A stretch of 64,000 nucleotides of DNA, taken from positions 1,548 through 65,547 of the forward strand of contig JADKAA010000027.1 in assembly GCA_016715465.1 (NCBI GenBank), in the 5' to 3' direction. The translations under genes and the position numbers were made by a program. Positions 41,228-50,661 of this stretch are shown piece after piece (positions within the stretch are counted from its first letter, which is position 1; each line of letters opens with the position of its first letter). This DNA comes from Saprospiraceae bacterium (GTDB lineage: Bacteria > Bacteroidota > Bacteroidia > Chitinophagales > Saprospiraceae). The notes below the pieces were generated by a model, which was not told where the DNA came from, did no database searches, and saw nothing but the letters and a program-made list of their open reading frames with translations.

Positions 41228-42787
41228 ATGACCCAAGAAGACGAACAAATACTGAAGCAGATTAATAGTATCTGGCGAAAAACGGATGCTTTTTTGGTAA
41301 ACCATGACAATAGTTTGCTGTTGTTTGATTTTACAACTGTATCGCATTTTGAAAATAGTGATGAGAAAAGAATCAAATCCATCTATCAGTACAAAATAAG
41401 AAATTACAAGAATTTATTATTAGAATATTTTGAGGAATATGGATACTCGATTCCCCAAAATGCTTCTGGCAATAAGCCATCTATTTATAATGTAAAAGAG
41501 TATTCCGAACCTCTTGTATTAAGTGCTCCGATTCCTGATATCTATCCTGAAACTGTAAATCAAAAGAAAGAAGTGCCACTAGATACCTGGGAGGCCTTTG
41601 TCGAGAATAAAAAGATTGCAGGGGCCTCATGGATATTATTCAAGGATTTTTATAGTAATGAAGAAACAAAAGAACGCATAGAAGTTGGAGTATATATTCT
41701 TTTGCACAAACCTGTTGCATTATGGGATGAAGATAAATCTCAACAAGAGGATGAAATTAACAAGTTTATACACTTTGAAGTTATACAATTTTTATATGAC
41801 AATAGTATCGCTTATATGTCAAAACAGTATGTGAAGGAAAAGTTCGAAAAAAAACAACTCAATCGTGAAAAGATGCTTTATGTTGGCATGGGGCACTACA
41901 TAAAAAATAGTACGCTTGGATTAGAAGCACACGAAAATGAAATTATACAGTATTTGAAATCGCTAACAAATACAGATACTAAAATTCTTGTAACCGCTCA
42001 ATTACAGAAGCTTATTTATAGTTTAATCCGGCTTTATCTTCAAATACGGCAGATTGCAGGTTCGGGTGTTATTGACGTAAAGGTTATACAAACAAAAGTT
42101 CAGGTTAATTTGTATAATTTAATTAATCTAATTTACCTCCATATCATTATTACAAGGGGAAAATTTTATATATCCTTGGATAACCCCAATAATCTTGATT
42201 CTATAAAAAACATAGTTACACATCAAAATGAAATAATCGGAAAACTGACTGAGTTATTGCAAAATCAAACGTTTGAGCAAGCGGATATTGATGCTGTCTT
42301 ATCAAAAAATGATGAGATTGATTCATTTCATTCGTTAGCAAAAAGCGGATACGAAATACTCATAAAAATTGACCCGATCTTGAAAATGAAAGTAGAGTTA
42401 AACAGCATTCAATTCAAATATTTATATACAGTATTTGCAGAAATATTCGATAACTGTTTTAGTAACAAACATTCTCCGGGTTCAAGAACTGCATATTTGT
42501 ATTTTGGAAATGATTATCAGGATTACAATACAATTACAGTCAGTTCCAGGGATTCTTCCATAGATATGGATAATTTATTCAAATTTGAAGATAGTGAATT
42601 ATGTAGCGATTGTGCTTCAACAGGAAACGGAGTTAAGATTGTACAATCTGCATTGGACAACGAATATTTGAAATCTAAGTTATTGATTCCAAAGGACTCT
42701 AAATCTAAATCATTCACAATGTCCAATGGGGGAGAAATAAGTGTATTTGAGTATCGAGTTAAACTGAACAAAAATCTTTTTATATGA
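41228..42787 (+). CDS. soluble histidine-kinase-like protein (H-box plus GHKL ATPase)
   Basis: 519 aa with no TM span. The candidate H-box is GMGHYIKNSTLGLE (His codon 41894-41896). The N-box-like motif is FAEIFDNCFSNK and the G-box-like motif is STGNGVKIVQSAL. Confidence 0.6.
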   Translation: MTQEDEQILKQINSIWRKTDAFLVNHDNSLLLFDFTTVSHFENSDEKRIKSIYQYKIRNYKNLLLEYFEEYGYSIPQNASGNKPSIYNVKEYSEPLVLSAPIPDIYPETVNQKKEVPLDTWEAFVENKKIAGASWILFKDFYSNEETKERIEVGVYILLHKPVALWDEDKSQQEDEINKFIHFEVIQFLYDNSIAYMSKQYVKEKFEKKQLNREKMLYVGMGHYIKNSTLGLEAHENEIIQYLKSLTNTDTKILVTAQLQKLIYSLIRLYLQIRQIAGSGVIDVKVIQTKVQVNLYNLINLIYLHIIITRGKFYISLDNPNNLDSIKNIVTHQNEIIGKLTELLQNQTFEQADIDAVLSKNDEIDSFHSLAKSGYEILIKIDPILKMKVELNSIQFKYLYTVFAEIFDNCFSNKHSPGSRTAYLYFGNDYQDYNTITVSSRDSSIDMDNLFKFEDSELCSDCASTGNGVKIVQSALDNEYLKSKLLIPKDSKSKSFTMSNGGEISVFEYRVKLNKNLFI

Positions 42788-43998
42788 AGCGCTTTGAAAT
42801 CGCAATTATAGATGACCAGGGCCTTGATACCGGGTTTGGCAGATTCTTGGCATTGTTGTATAAGAATCAATACTTGTCATCTAATGATTTTGCATTGGTG
42901 CAAAAAAAAGATTATACAGATGGATTGGGAAAAAATATGATACAAAACTCAATTGCTTTTCAGATATACACCCATAATTACGGTAATCAGGGTTTTAAAA
43001 AATGTTTTTGTGAAGCATTTAGTGACTTTGATAGTAGAAAAGATCAATTTGATATTTATATTTTTGACCTCAATTTTATTGAGCAGGACAATAACTCATT
43101 TTATCCGTTACATTCCAAAAATCAATGCGACACAAGTAAGAAATTTAAGAAAGGATTGACCTTAGATAAGGTGAATGACTCAGACAAATCAACCTTAATT
43201 GCGGGGCTTGAATTTTATCATTGTTTAAAGCCCTCATTTAAGCCTAAAATAATTTATTCGGCAGCACAAGAAACGGCAGTACTTCGTAGCTCAGTCAAAC
43301 TGTTTAATTCAAGGCTCTACGATACATTTATAGTAGATGTTACCGCCCCGGCAGAAGTAAGAAATGATAGCAATGACCCTTTCGAGAATATGGGAGATGT
43401 GTCAAGGACATTTGATGCTATAGATATCTACTTTCAATCCCGTCAAATAGCCATTATCAACAGCCAATTATTAGACAAAGTACAATTGTTAAGCAAAATT
43501 GTTAAAGAGTGGAATGGAAAAGTGGAAAATGCAGATGAACCTTTAATACCTGATAACGGAACCGACTCTAATCCTGCAAATTGTTGGAGTTTAAGAACGT
43601 TGTTTCCAAAGCAGGTAAACAGGATTGAGTTGGGGATTGATGTGGAGGAGAATACAACTAAAATATTGGAAACGATAGGCAACTTGAATTTCCCTTCTAT
43701 TTACAAATTCTTAGTTCATGACCATGGAAATTTAAACGGTATGGAATATGAAAATGTAAAAAATGAACCAATCGTTATAAATAGATTTCCTGCAATACTT
43801 GATTTGGAGTTTAATACTACCGAAAAAGTAACATATGAAAAATTTAGTGAGATTGTCCCTAATCAATCAGCCTATAGTCATAAGACTATAAGAAGGAAGA
43901 TTTATGATATTAATTTTGATGTTCAGAATCAAACAGTTTACAAAGAGTCAAACGGAACTCTTGAGGAAAAAAAACCTCTAGAATTGTTACTGGATTAA
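42784..43998 (+). CDS. receiver (REC)-domain protein with an unknown C-terminal region
   Basis: IAIIDDQG (acidic pair), IYIFDLNF (Asp codon 43066-43068) and KIIYSAAQ. ATGA overlap with the kinase gene. The stop sits just after the A-run 43967-43974. Confidence 0.55.
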   Translation: MKRFEIAIIDDQGLDTGFGRFLALLYKNQYLSSNDFALVQKKDYTDGLGKNMIQNSIAFQIYTHNYGNQGFKKCFCEAFSDFDSRKDQFDIYIFDLNFIEQDNNSFYPLHSKNQCDTSKKFKKGLTLDKVNDSDKSTLIAGLEFYHCLKPSFKPKIIYSAAQETAVLRSSVKLFNSRLYDTFIVDVTAPAEVRNDSNDPFENMGDVSRTFDAIDIYFQSRQIAIINSQLLDKVQLLSKIVKEWNGKVENADEPLIPDNGTDSNPANCWSLRTLFPKQVNRIELGIDVEENTTKILETIGNLNFPSIYKFLVHDHGNLNGMEYENVKNEPIVINRFPAILDLEFNTTEKVTYEKFSEIVPNQSAYSHKTIRRKIYDINFDVQNQTVYKESNGTLEEKKPLELLLD

Positions 43999-44033
43999 CC
44001 GAAGATGGTCGGATTAGTCAAGCAGTTCGGAAA

Positions 44034-44501
44034 ATGGCTGAGTATGGTTTCTATCTCGGAGATTTAAAGCTTATCTACTTAATAATTGATTCTAACTCAA
44101 AATATAATTTTAGTGATACCTATAAAGAGGCTAAGAAAACGAATGGCGAAGAGCTGCCAAAGCCCAAACTAACAATTTCCTATTTCTCTCAAGAGGTAAT
44201 AGTAAATATTAGTTACGATTCTGATAATGAATATTACACGCAATCTAATTTGCATATTAATCCTATTTATGAAGGAATTAAAAAGTTATTGCAAAACAGA
44301 CAAGATTGGAAGATAATCGACCAATTAGGCCCCACCCAAATATTTAAAATCCTGGCGTACCGCTATAACACAGAATTCGAAGTTAGAGTAGGGAAATTAT
44401 CTTTTTCTGCTGGTCGTTTCGGGATTACTGATATTCAAACTAATGATGATGGAGACAAAACTTATTTTCAATTCAAATTACCGACTCTAATAAAATCTTA
44501 A
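44034..44501 (+). CDS. hypothetical protein, possibly the C-terminal part of the preceding gene
   Basis: The reading frame stays open upstream of the ATG, back to the A-run 43967-43974. The end, DDGDKTYFQFKLP, weakly resembles the last strand of GHKL ATPases. Confidence 0.4.
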   Translation: MAEYGFYLGDLKLIYLIIDSNSKYNFSDTYKEAKKTNGEELPKPKLTISYFSQEVIVNISYDSDNEYYTQSNLHINPIYEGIKKLLQNRQDWKIIDQLGPTQIFKILAYRYNTEFEVRVGKLSFSAGRFGITDIQTNDDGDKTYFQFKLPTLIKS

Positions 44502-44513
44502 AAGGAGAATAAT

Positions 44514-45047
44514 ATGAATTACATAGTAATTGACTCAGTCGACACTCGGGCAAATAAATTAATTCAAAGATTAAATAATACTGCTGTAAAATGGCAATAT
44601 ATTGATTTTCTGTCTGAGAATGACAAACCTGATAATAATACGCTGTATTTGATTCATCACAGTGATGGGTATGTAGGAGAATTTGCCATGAAAATAAATT
44701 CATTGGAAAATGCTTTTGTGCTATTTTATTCAGGAGGCGGGCTTTCAGCAGATGAACTGAAAGCACAAGGAGATAAGATATTTTTTTATGCTGGCGGATT
44801 AAATTCTGGTGTAGATGAAAAAGCTATAAATATAATAAATGAAATTGTTTCAGTCATAAGCAAAGAAGACAACGTAACAAAAGTCATTGTACAAATAAAG
44901 AAAGTGCTTGGTTTTGATGAGCAACTCGAAAAATTACTTGAACCCTTCGCAACAGCAAATCCATTTAAAACGGAAAGCTCAAATGGAGAAAACTTAAAAC
45001 AAGCCAAAGAAGCATTGAACAAATACATTAATAGCAAGGCATTATGA
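44514..45047 (+). CDS. stand-alone pseudo-receiver-like protein
   Basis: 177 aa. LYLIHHSDGY ... VLFYSGGG parallels the N-terminal domains of the next two proteins (VYVIDVHCVF..VVFYSPIS and VYLINAHLNW..FIFYSPIQ). Confidence 0.45.
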   Translation: MNYIVIDSVDTRANKLIQRLNNTAVKWQYIDFLSENDKPDNNTLYLIHHSDGYVGEFAMKINSLENAFVLFYSGGGLSADELKAQGDKIFFYAGGLNSGVDEKAINIINEIVSVISKEDNVTKVIVQIKKVLGFDEQLEKLLEPFATANPFKTESSNGENLKQAKEALNKYINSKAL

Positions 45048-46957
45048 ATAAGGTATTTATATCAAATACAAAAGTTCAGAATACTGAAACAGATATTGTT
45101 TTCTGTCCAACCAATCGCCTTAGCGAGAAGTTGGAAGCTGTTGATACATCTGGCAAAACTGTATATGTTATAGATGTTCATTGTGTTTTTACAAATAATA
45201 AAAAGCAACTAAAATTACAAGACCAGGGCGGTGTAACAATCTACCGCCAATTACTGCAAAAATTCGATGGTAATCAGGATAAACTAAAAGTAGTTTTCTA
45301 CTCACCAATCTCTCAGGAGGATTTAGTAAAACTAAAGCCCGAAAACTATGTGCTAAGTTTGTTACCGTTGGTGGAATGTAAATATGAAGAAGGCCAGTTT
45401 GAAAGTGAGCTTGCCAGAATTATTTCTGACAATAAATTTCCGCTGTTTAATAACGCTTCAGAGAATTTGTTAAGTGGATGGGCGTTATTTAGAGCAGACA
45501 ATAACAGAAAGGAAAATGACTTTGTCGAAACACAATACAAACATAAAACCCCCACAGATAAGCCAAGGGTAATAACTTTTATAGACGATGAAATCAATGA
45601 GTGGAGAGAAACCTATTCCAAAATATTTGAGCAAGGGAAAAATATAAGATTGATAATGTACCAAAAAGAGAAACATCCATTTTGGGAATTTAGTGAGGAA
45701 AAAATTGACAATCTTAAAAATCATGTGATGCAGTCGGCTCTGATTGTTTCAGATTTCTATTTGCAGGAAAATCATGCTCCAAATACATGGTTGAGCAATA
45801 AGCAACTTGAAGATAAAAGCGGTTTTAAATTATTTAATGCAATTAAAGGTGGCGGCTACAAAGATGGTATTCATAAAGGTGTTCCATATATTATGTACAC
45901 ATCAAGCAATAAAATCCAGTATTATCAGTATTTGGATGCACATGGCATTGATAATTGGTTGGTAAAAGATGTTCGACCTAATGCTACTGCTTTTGAAAAG
46001 AAAGATGGCTTTTATACATTTAAAAAGGTTATTGAGGAGTTTACTCATCAGGAAAGCTCTCACTTGTATGCCATACTCAAGTTGTATTGGGAACGGATAC
46101 AAAAGCTGGAGGCTCGAATTAAGGAAATGGATTATGATAGGATTTCAAACTGGTGGTATTCTCTATCGGGGCAAAATGAAGAAGATAGGGAGGAAATTCA
46201 AGTGAAATCTAGCTGGGAAAAGTGTAAAAAAGCAAGTAGTGAAAATGTTGATGAAGTTATCGGATTGCTAAAAGATTCATGGATGGCTATTCGTGCAAAC
46301 ATGAACCGGGAAACTGTTTTTGCCGAAAGTGTAGGAAGCATGGATAGGCATTTTACCGCAGCATCAGTATGTTCAAATTTAGGTAAGCTATTTGAGTTTT
46401 TCAATTTCACTCAAGGCATGAAATTGAATACTTACTTTAAGTTCCTCTTTTGCATAAGAAACATTGGAAGCCATTATAAGCAATATAAAAGCATAGAATT
46501 GGAGGATGCACTAATTTATTTTGACTGTTGGCTAACTGTCTTAGAAAAGAAGGAAGTGAGAGTATTTGAAGCTTTCAAGCCCCTATTAAATGTAGAAGAG
46601 TTTATCTTTCAAGGGAAAACGCTCAATACCAGTGATACCTTTGTATATGCACTATTGTATGGGTACATTCAATTTATAAATGGGTTTCATCTAAAAGAAA
46701 GCAGCCTGGCAAATGTCCTGATTAAGAAAAGGGTATCAGAAATACTATTTAATGCAGATAAAAAAATACTTGCTGCTGAATTAGAAACGGATTTCTTTGG
46801 AGAATTTGGAAATAAAATATTTTTAAAAAAGCATAGAAACAACAGAACTAATTCGCCAAATGCCAATAGAATTGTGAGCAACTGGAAGTCTGGCGGAACT
46901 AACTATGGAATAATTATCGAACAAGATGGAAGAATGTACATTACAAATAATGCCTAA
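45044..46957 (+). CDS. dual receiver-like protein with a C-terminal HEPN-like (Rx4H) helical domain
   Basis: REC2 has ITFIDDEINEW, ALIVSDFYL (Asp 45752-45754) and YIMYTSS. The C-terminal FLFCIRNIGSHYKQY gives R 46457-46459 and H 46472-46474. Confidence 0.55.
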   Translation: MNKVFISNTKVQNTETDIVFCPTNRLSEKLEAVDTSGKTVYVIDVHCVFTNNKKQLKLQDQGGVTIYRQLLQKFDGNQDKLKVVFYSPISQEDLVKLKPENYVLSLLPLVECKYEEGQFESELARIISDNKFPLFNNASENLLSGWALFRADNNRKENDFVETQYKHKTPTDKPRVITFIDDEINEWRETYSKIFEQGKNIRLIMYQKEKHPFWEFSEEKIDNLKNHVMQSALIVSDFYLQENHAPNTWLSNKQLEDKSGFKLFNAIKGGGYKDGIHKGVPYIMYTSSNKIQYYQYLDAHGIDNWLVKDVRPNATAFEKKDGFYTFKKVIEEFTHQESSHLYAILKLYWERIQKLEARIKEMDYDRISNWWYSLSGQNEEDREEIQVKSSWEKCKKASSENVDEVIGLLKDSWMAIRANMNRETVFAESVGSMDRHFTAASVCSNLGKLFEFFNFTQGMKLNTYFKFLFCIRNIGSHYKQYKSIELEDALIYFDCWLTVLEKKEVRVFEAFKPLLNVEEFIFQGKTLNTSDTFVYALLYGYIQFINGFHLKESSLANVLIKKRVSEILFNADKKILAAELETDFFGEFGNKIFLKKHRNNRTNSPNANRIVSNWKSGGTNYGIIIEQDGRMYITNNA

Positions 46958-48473
46958 AATATATTACCATATCTGTAACCCTTCCACACCTGAGCAACCA
47001 GGTATTAAAAACGTATATTCTTTAAAGGATTTACAAAAGGTGAAAGAGGATGCCACTACTGTTTACCTGATTAATGCTCATTTGAATTGGGAGGGAAGAA
47101 GATTGAGTGGTAATTACGGGTTTGATATTTCCAATGAATTGAGAGCAAAGTTAAAATCCAAAGCCCCTTTTATTTTTTATAGCCCAATACAAGTAAAATA
47201 CTTTGAGCAAGAGAGTAAAAATGACATTAGGTATAAAATTCTTTTTGGTAGCGGGTCAGCATTTATAAATTTTCCGTTTACATACCAGGAGCTGAGGGAT
47301 ATTTCTGAAAAATTAAAGCCATTAAGTAATGCAGGCTTGCATGACGTAGTTACCATGTTATGTAATGTAAAAGGATTGATAATTGACAAGCTCAATCATA
47401 ATTTAAAATGGGGAGTTGATAGCGAAAAAATAATTGCTCAAATCAAGCCCTACCTTTCCATTGAACAGCAAAGAACAATTGATTTTGATGTCTTTTCAAA
47501 TGCTCTCAGCAAAGCATCAGGGAAACAAGATTTTGATGCTGTAGTACAAAACTGGGTAGAGGTATGTACTTCACGTCTCACAGAGGATGTACAGAACTAT
47601 TCATATACTACTAACTTCCCGTACAAAGTATTATTGGTTGATGATGTTCAGGAGTATTTGGACAAAGCAAAGCAGTATTTGTCAAGCGACTTTGATATTC
47701 TTACGACCAAGTCTTGTGAAGAGGCTATACAAATATTAGCTAAAGATGGTGATAATAAAATTCTGGCAGTAATTGCCGATTGGCGCTTATATGATACTAC
47801 AAATCCGGATTATTGGCAAGCTATGCAGGGTTATGAAGTGCTTGCTTTTGCAGCTAGGAATGGTATACGCAGTTTAATAGCCCTGACATCCCAGTCTGAA
47901 TATATTGTACATAGACTGCGGGAACTCCTTGGTATTTGGTTTTCTTTGTATAAGAAACAACACTTAGAGAAGCAGGAGCAATGGCAGTTATTTTCTAATA
48001 TGCTTGCCGATGCCTGCCTGCGTACAAATGAAGCTATACTTAACAGGCCAACTGCAACAAACTGGACATCTAATAGAAGAAAGGACATCGTTAGTGAATT
48101 TTCTCCAAAAGAGATTTATGCAATTTTTAGGAGTAATGGAAAACTGTCCGAAATAGAAGATAAAGCAGATATTATCTGGCAGTCCTATTTAGATAAACAT
48201 CAAATTCGCTACCGGCTAAACGAGTTAAGCACTACTTATATTACGTTTGATACAACGGAAGAAATGCTGGTTCAACGAAGAATTTTCCTTGGCTTGTATC
48301 ATAGCGAATTTTCAATAGACGACATTTGCTGTGAAATGTCAAAGGACCCTAAAAAAGGACCCGGTAAAAACGACATAACCCAATTGAAAAGTAAACTCTG
48401 CATTAAGAACGAAGATTTAACCGGCGGTAAGATTTTAATTGAAGAAACAGCCTGGCTCAAAAATGGGGTTTAA
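46950..48473 (+). CDS. dual receiver-like protein, paralogue of the previous gene, with an unknown C-terminal domain
   Basis: The canonical REC has KVLLVDDVQEYL, LAVIADWRLYD (Asp 47778-47780) and LIALTSQS. The start is taken at the ATG at 46950, which overlaps the upstream stop by 8 nt. The ORF is open from 46926. Confidence 0.55.
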   Translation: MPKIYYHICNPSTPEQPGIKNVYSLKDLQKVKEDATTVYLINAHLNWEGRRLSGNYGFDISNELRAKLKSKAPFIFYSPIQVKYFEQESKNDIRYKILFGSGSAFINFPFTYQELRDISEKLKPLSNAGLHDVVTMLCNVKGLIIDKLNHNLKWGVDSEKIIAQIKPYLSIEQQRTIDFDVFSNALSKASGKQDFDAVVQNWVEVCTSRLTEDVQNYSYTTNFPYKVLLVDDVQEYLDKAKQYLSSDFDILTTKSCEEAIQILAKDGDNKILAVIADWRLYDTTNPDYWQAMQGYEVLAFAARNGIRSLIALTSQSEYIVHRLRELLGIWFSLYKKQHLEKQEQWQLFSNMLADACLRTNEAILNRPTATNWTSNRRKDIVSEFSPKEIYAIFRSNGKLSEIEDKADIIWQSYLDKHQIRYRLNELSTTYITFDTTEEMLVQRRIFLGLYHSEFSIDDICCEMSKDPKKGPGKNDITQLKSKLCIKNEDLTGGKILIEETAWLKNGV

Positions 48474-48994
48474 CCGAATAGCTCTCAGATAAGCAAAGAA
48501 AAGTGATTTTCACTCAATAGAGTTTGCCGGTTTGTAAGGGTTCATTACTTTTACACCAGTTCTTAGAAATACTTCATGTCAATTTGATTTGTGATGAAGC
48601 TTTGACCAATGTCAAAGTAAATGCTTGTAAAATTTCATCATTTAATCAACTGATTATGACAAAGTATTTCTGGACAATTATCTTAAACCCAGGCAAAGCT
48701 GATTACGATATCAGCCACCACTGGCCTGGGAAAATCAATAAACAACACCACCTTCTGGGGTGTGTTGTTATCATCTATGTCTTATTGGTTGCCGTTTCAG
48801 GCAAAAGCATTGTTTACTACCACACAAGTTTATTAGCCATCGTTTTTGCGGCGGACATTTTTTTTCCTTTCAGGGCAGCTTTAGCCAATTTCTTTCCTGC
48901 TACTTTTTTATGGAGTTGTTTGTTTCAGGTAAAGGATTATTCCTTCTCAACACAAATAATATTCACACATTTTCACCTCTAAAAAGTCATTGAT

Positions 48995-49273
48995 ATGCGA
49001 ACCTTTTTAACCATGTTTCTTATACTCTGCATAGTAGCCCTGATTATCGCAGTGATTTACGATTACCTGACACCTAGCGGCGCTGCCGTTGGCGGCGTGG
49101 CACTTAGGCTTGTTTTGTTTGAACTGAGAAGAATCCTGGTAGTCATTGCGGTTGTGTTGGTAATTGCATTTTTCTTGAAATACGGCGGCGACATTCAGAA
49201 GGCAAAAGCCATAATTGAAGATGCAAGAGGGTTGGTTAATTCAGGGGTTAAATATTTAGAAGTATATAAATAA
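48995..49273 (+). CDS. small two-TM membrane protein
   Basis: 92-aa ORF with two hydrophobic spans, positioned 5 nt upstream of the DUF4407-like gene. Confidence 0.45.
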   Translation: MRTFLTMFLILCIVALIIAVIYDYLTPSGAAVGGVALRLVLFELRRILVVIAVVLVIAFFLKYGGDIQKAKAIIEDARGLVNSGVKYLEVYK

Positions 49274-49278
49274 ACATT

Positions 49279-50427
49279 ATGAAATCTATTAAAACATTTT
49301 TGTTCCGCCTGGCCGGTGTTGATTACGCTGTAATCAGACTTCTATCAGCGAAAACTAAATTTCGCTATGTGGCCATTGCATTCTCAACGCTTATCCCGTC
49401 AGCCTTCGCCTTCATTGGCGGGTTCGACATCGCCAAAAACTTCAATGCCGGCTTGGGCATTTCTGTACTTGTTGGCATCTTTTGGATGCTGGTAATCGCC
49501 GGGTTTGACTTTATTATCATCAATTATGGTAAGGCCTCCGGTTTTTTAAGAACCATACGAATAGCAGCCGGTGTAAGCAATGTTCTTATTACCACAATTT
49601 TCCTTTTCACTTTCCTTAACCATAGCAGCATTAATAACAAAATTAATGGTGCTAATGCAAAAGAGGTTACGGCCTGCGATTCGACTTACCTCGTCCAAAA
49701 GGAAACCCGGTATGCCGAAGTAACCAGCAAAAGGCAGCAAAAGGATTTGTACCACCAAAACAATTGCGCCCCCGAAGCAGCAAGGATAAAACCTGGCCCG
49801 CTATACGCCGAGAAACATTCTTACTGTATTGCCCAGGATTCAGTGATAAGAAATGAGGAAGCTAAGATTGATAGCGCCGAAATGCTGTACCGGGACGCAT
49901 ACCTTGTACAGAAAAATGAAATTTTAAACAGGACAAGCAACGATCCATTTTATAAGGCTGATGTGCTGTTTAGCCTGATATTGGGTAGTTTTTCAAAATT
50001 CTTCCTTGCACTCATTTTTCTGATAGCACTTATTACCCTGGAATTACTACCGCTTTATTTAAAATTCAATATTGATCCTAAAACTGACGGGGCACAAATA
50101 GCGGAGGAGAATCACGACCAGATGTGCAATAATGCAGCTGACCAAAAAATAAAAGACATGGTCGAACATTCAGATAAAATGGATAGTCTGAAAAAGAAAA
50201 AGGAGGAGAGGGAAGCCCTAATGAAATGGGCTAATGAAGAACTTTTGAATACCCATAAAAGGGCTCCGCTTTTTTACCGCCTAAAAGAGTATAAAAGAAT
50301 TTACAGGGAAAACGGCCTGTATGAAGCTGCTGACGAGATTAATAAAATCCAGAATGCAATTACCAATAATGATGAGGAGGTAGAAAAACTGCTGAATCAG
50401 GCTATTAATAAAAGGAATAAAAATTAG
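49279..50427 (+). CDS. DUF4407-like membrane protein with a coiled-coil C-terminus
   Basis: 382 aa. The N-terminal LAGVDYAVIRLLSAKTKFRYVAIAFSTLIPSAFAFIGG pattern and the TM layout are as in DUF4407. Confidence 0.5.
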   Translation: MKSIKTFLFRLAGVDYAVIRLLSAKTKFRYVAIAFSTLIPSAFAFIGGFDIAKNFNAGLGISVLVGIFWMLVIAGFDFIIINYGKASGFLRTIRIAAGVSNVLITTIFLFTFLNHSSINNKINGANAKEVTACDSTYLVQKETRYAEVTSKRQQKDLYHQNNCAPEAARIKPGPLYAEKHSYCIAQDSVIRNEEAKIDSAEMLYRDAYLVQKNEILNRTSNDPFYKADVLFSLILGSFSKFFLALIFLIALITLELLPLYLKFNIDPKTDGAQIAEENHDQMCNNAADQKIKDMVEHSDKMDSLKKKKEEREALMKWANEELLNTHKRAPLFYRLKEYKRIYRENGLYEAADEINKIQNAITNNDEEVEKLLNQAINKRNKN

Positions 50428-50430
50428 GTT

Positions 50431-50661
50431 ATGAAAAAACTGTTTACAAAACTATCCAGCTTTTTTAAAAGAAAAGGGTATCAGCCTGATCAGGCGGATA
50501 TGCCCGTTTTTGACGAGTCCTCAACCAGCGAAGAAGCGCAGCCATCAGAAGCAAACGCCCCTGTTCAGGAATTTAACCTTGTCGAAGAACTGAAAAAAGC
50601 CAAAGCTGAAATAGCGGAGGTGAACAAGGCATTCAAAGAAGAACCATACCATCAGGCATAA
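50431..50661 (+). CDS. small acidic hypothetical protein
   Basis: 76-aa ORF tightly packed between its neighbours. Confidence 0.35.
   Translation: MKKLFTKLSSFFKRKGYQPDQADMPVFDESSTSEEAQPSEANAPVQEFNLVEELKKAKAEIAEVNKAFKEEPYHQA

Noticed and set aside
48524-48993. ORFs 48524-48982 and 48760-48993 in the gap after the kinase/receiver operon
   Set aside because: They overlap each other, are Cys/Phe/Leu-rich and low-complexity, and have no motif. The region contains a strong hairpin (about 48741-48772) and looks intergenic.
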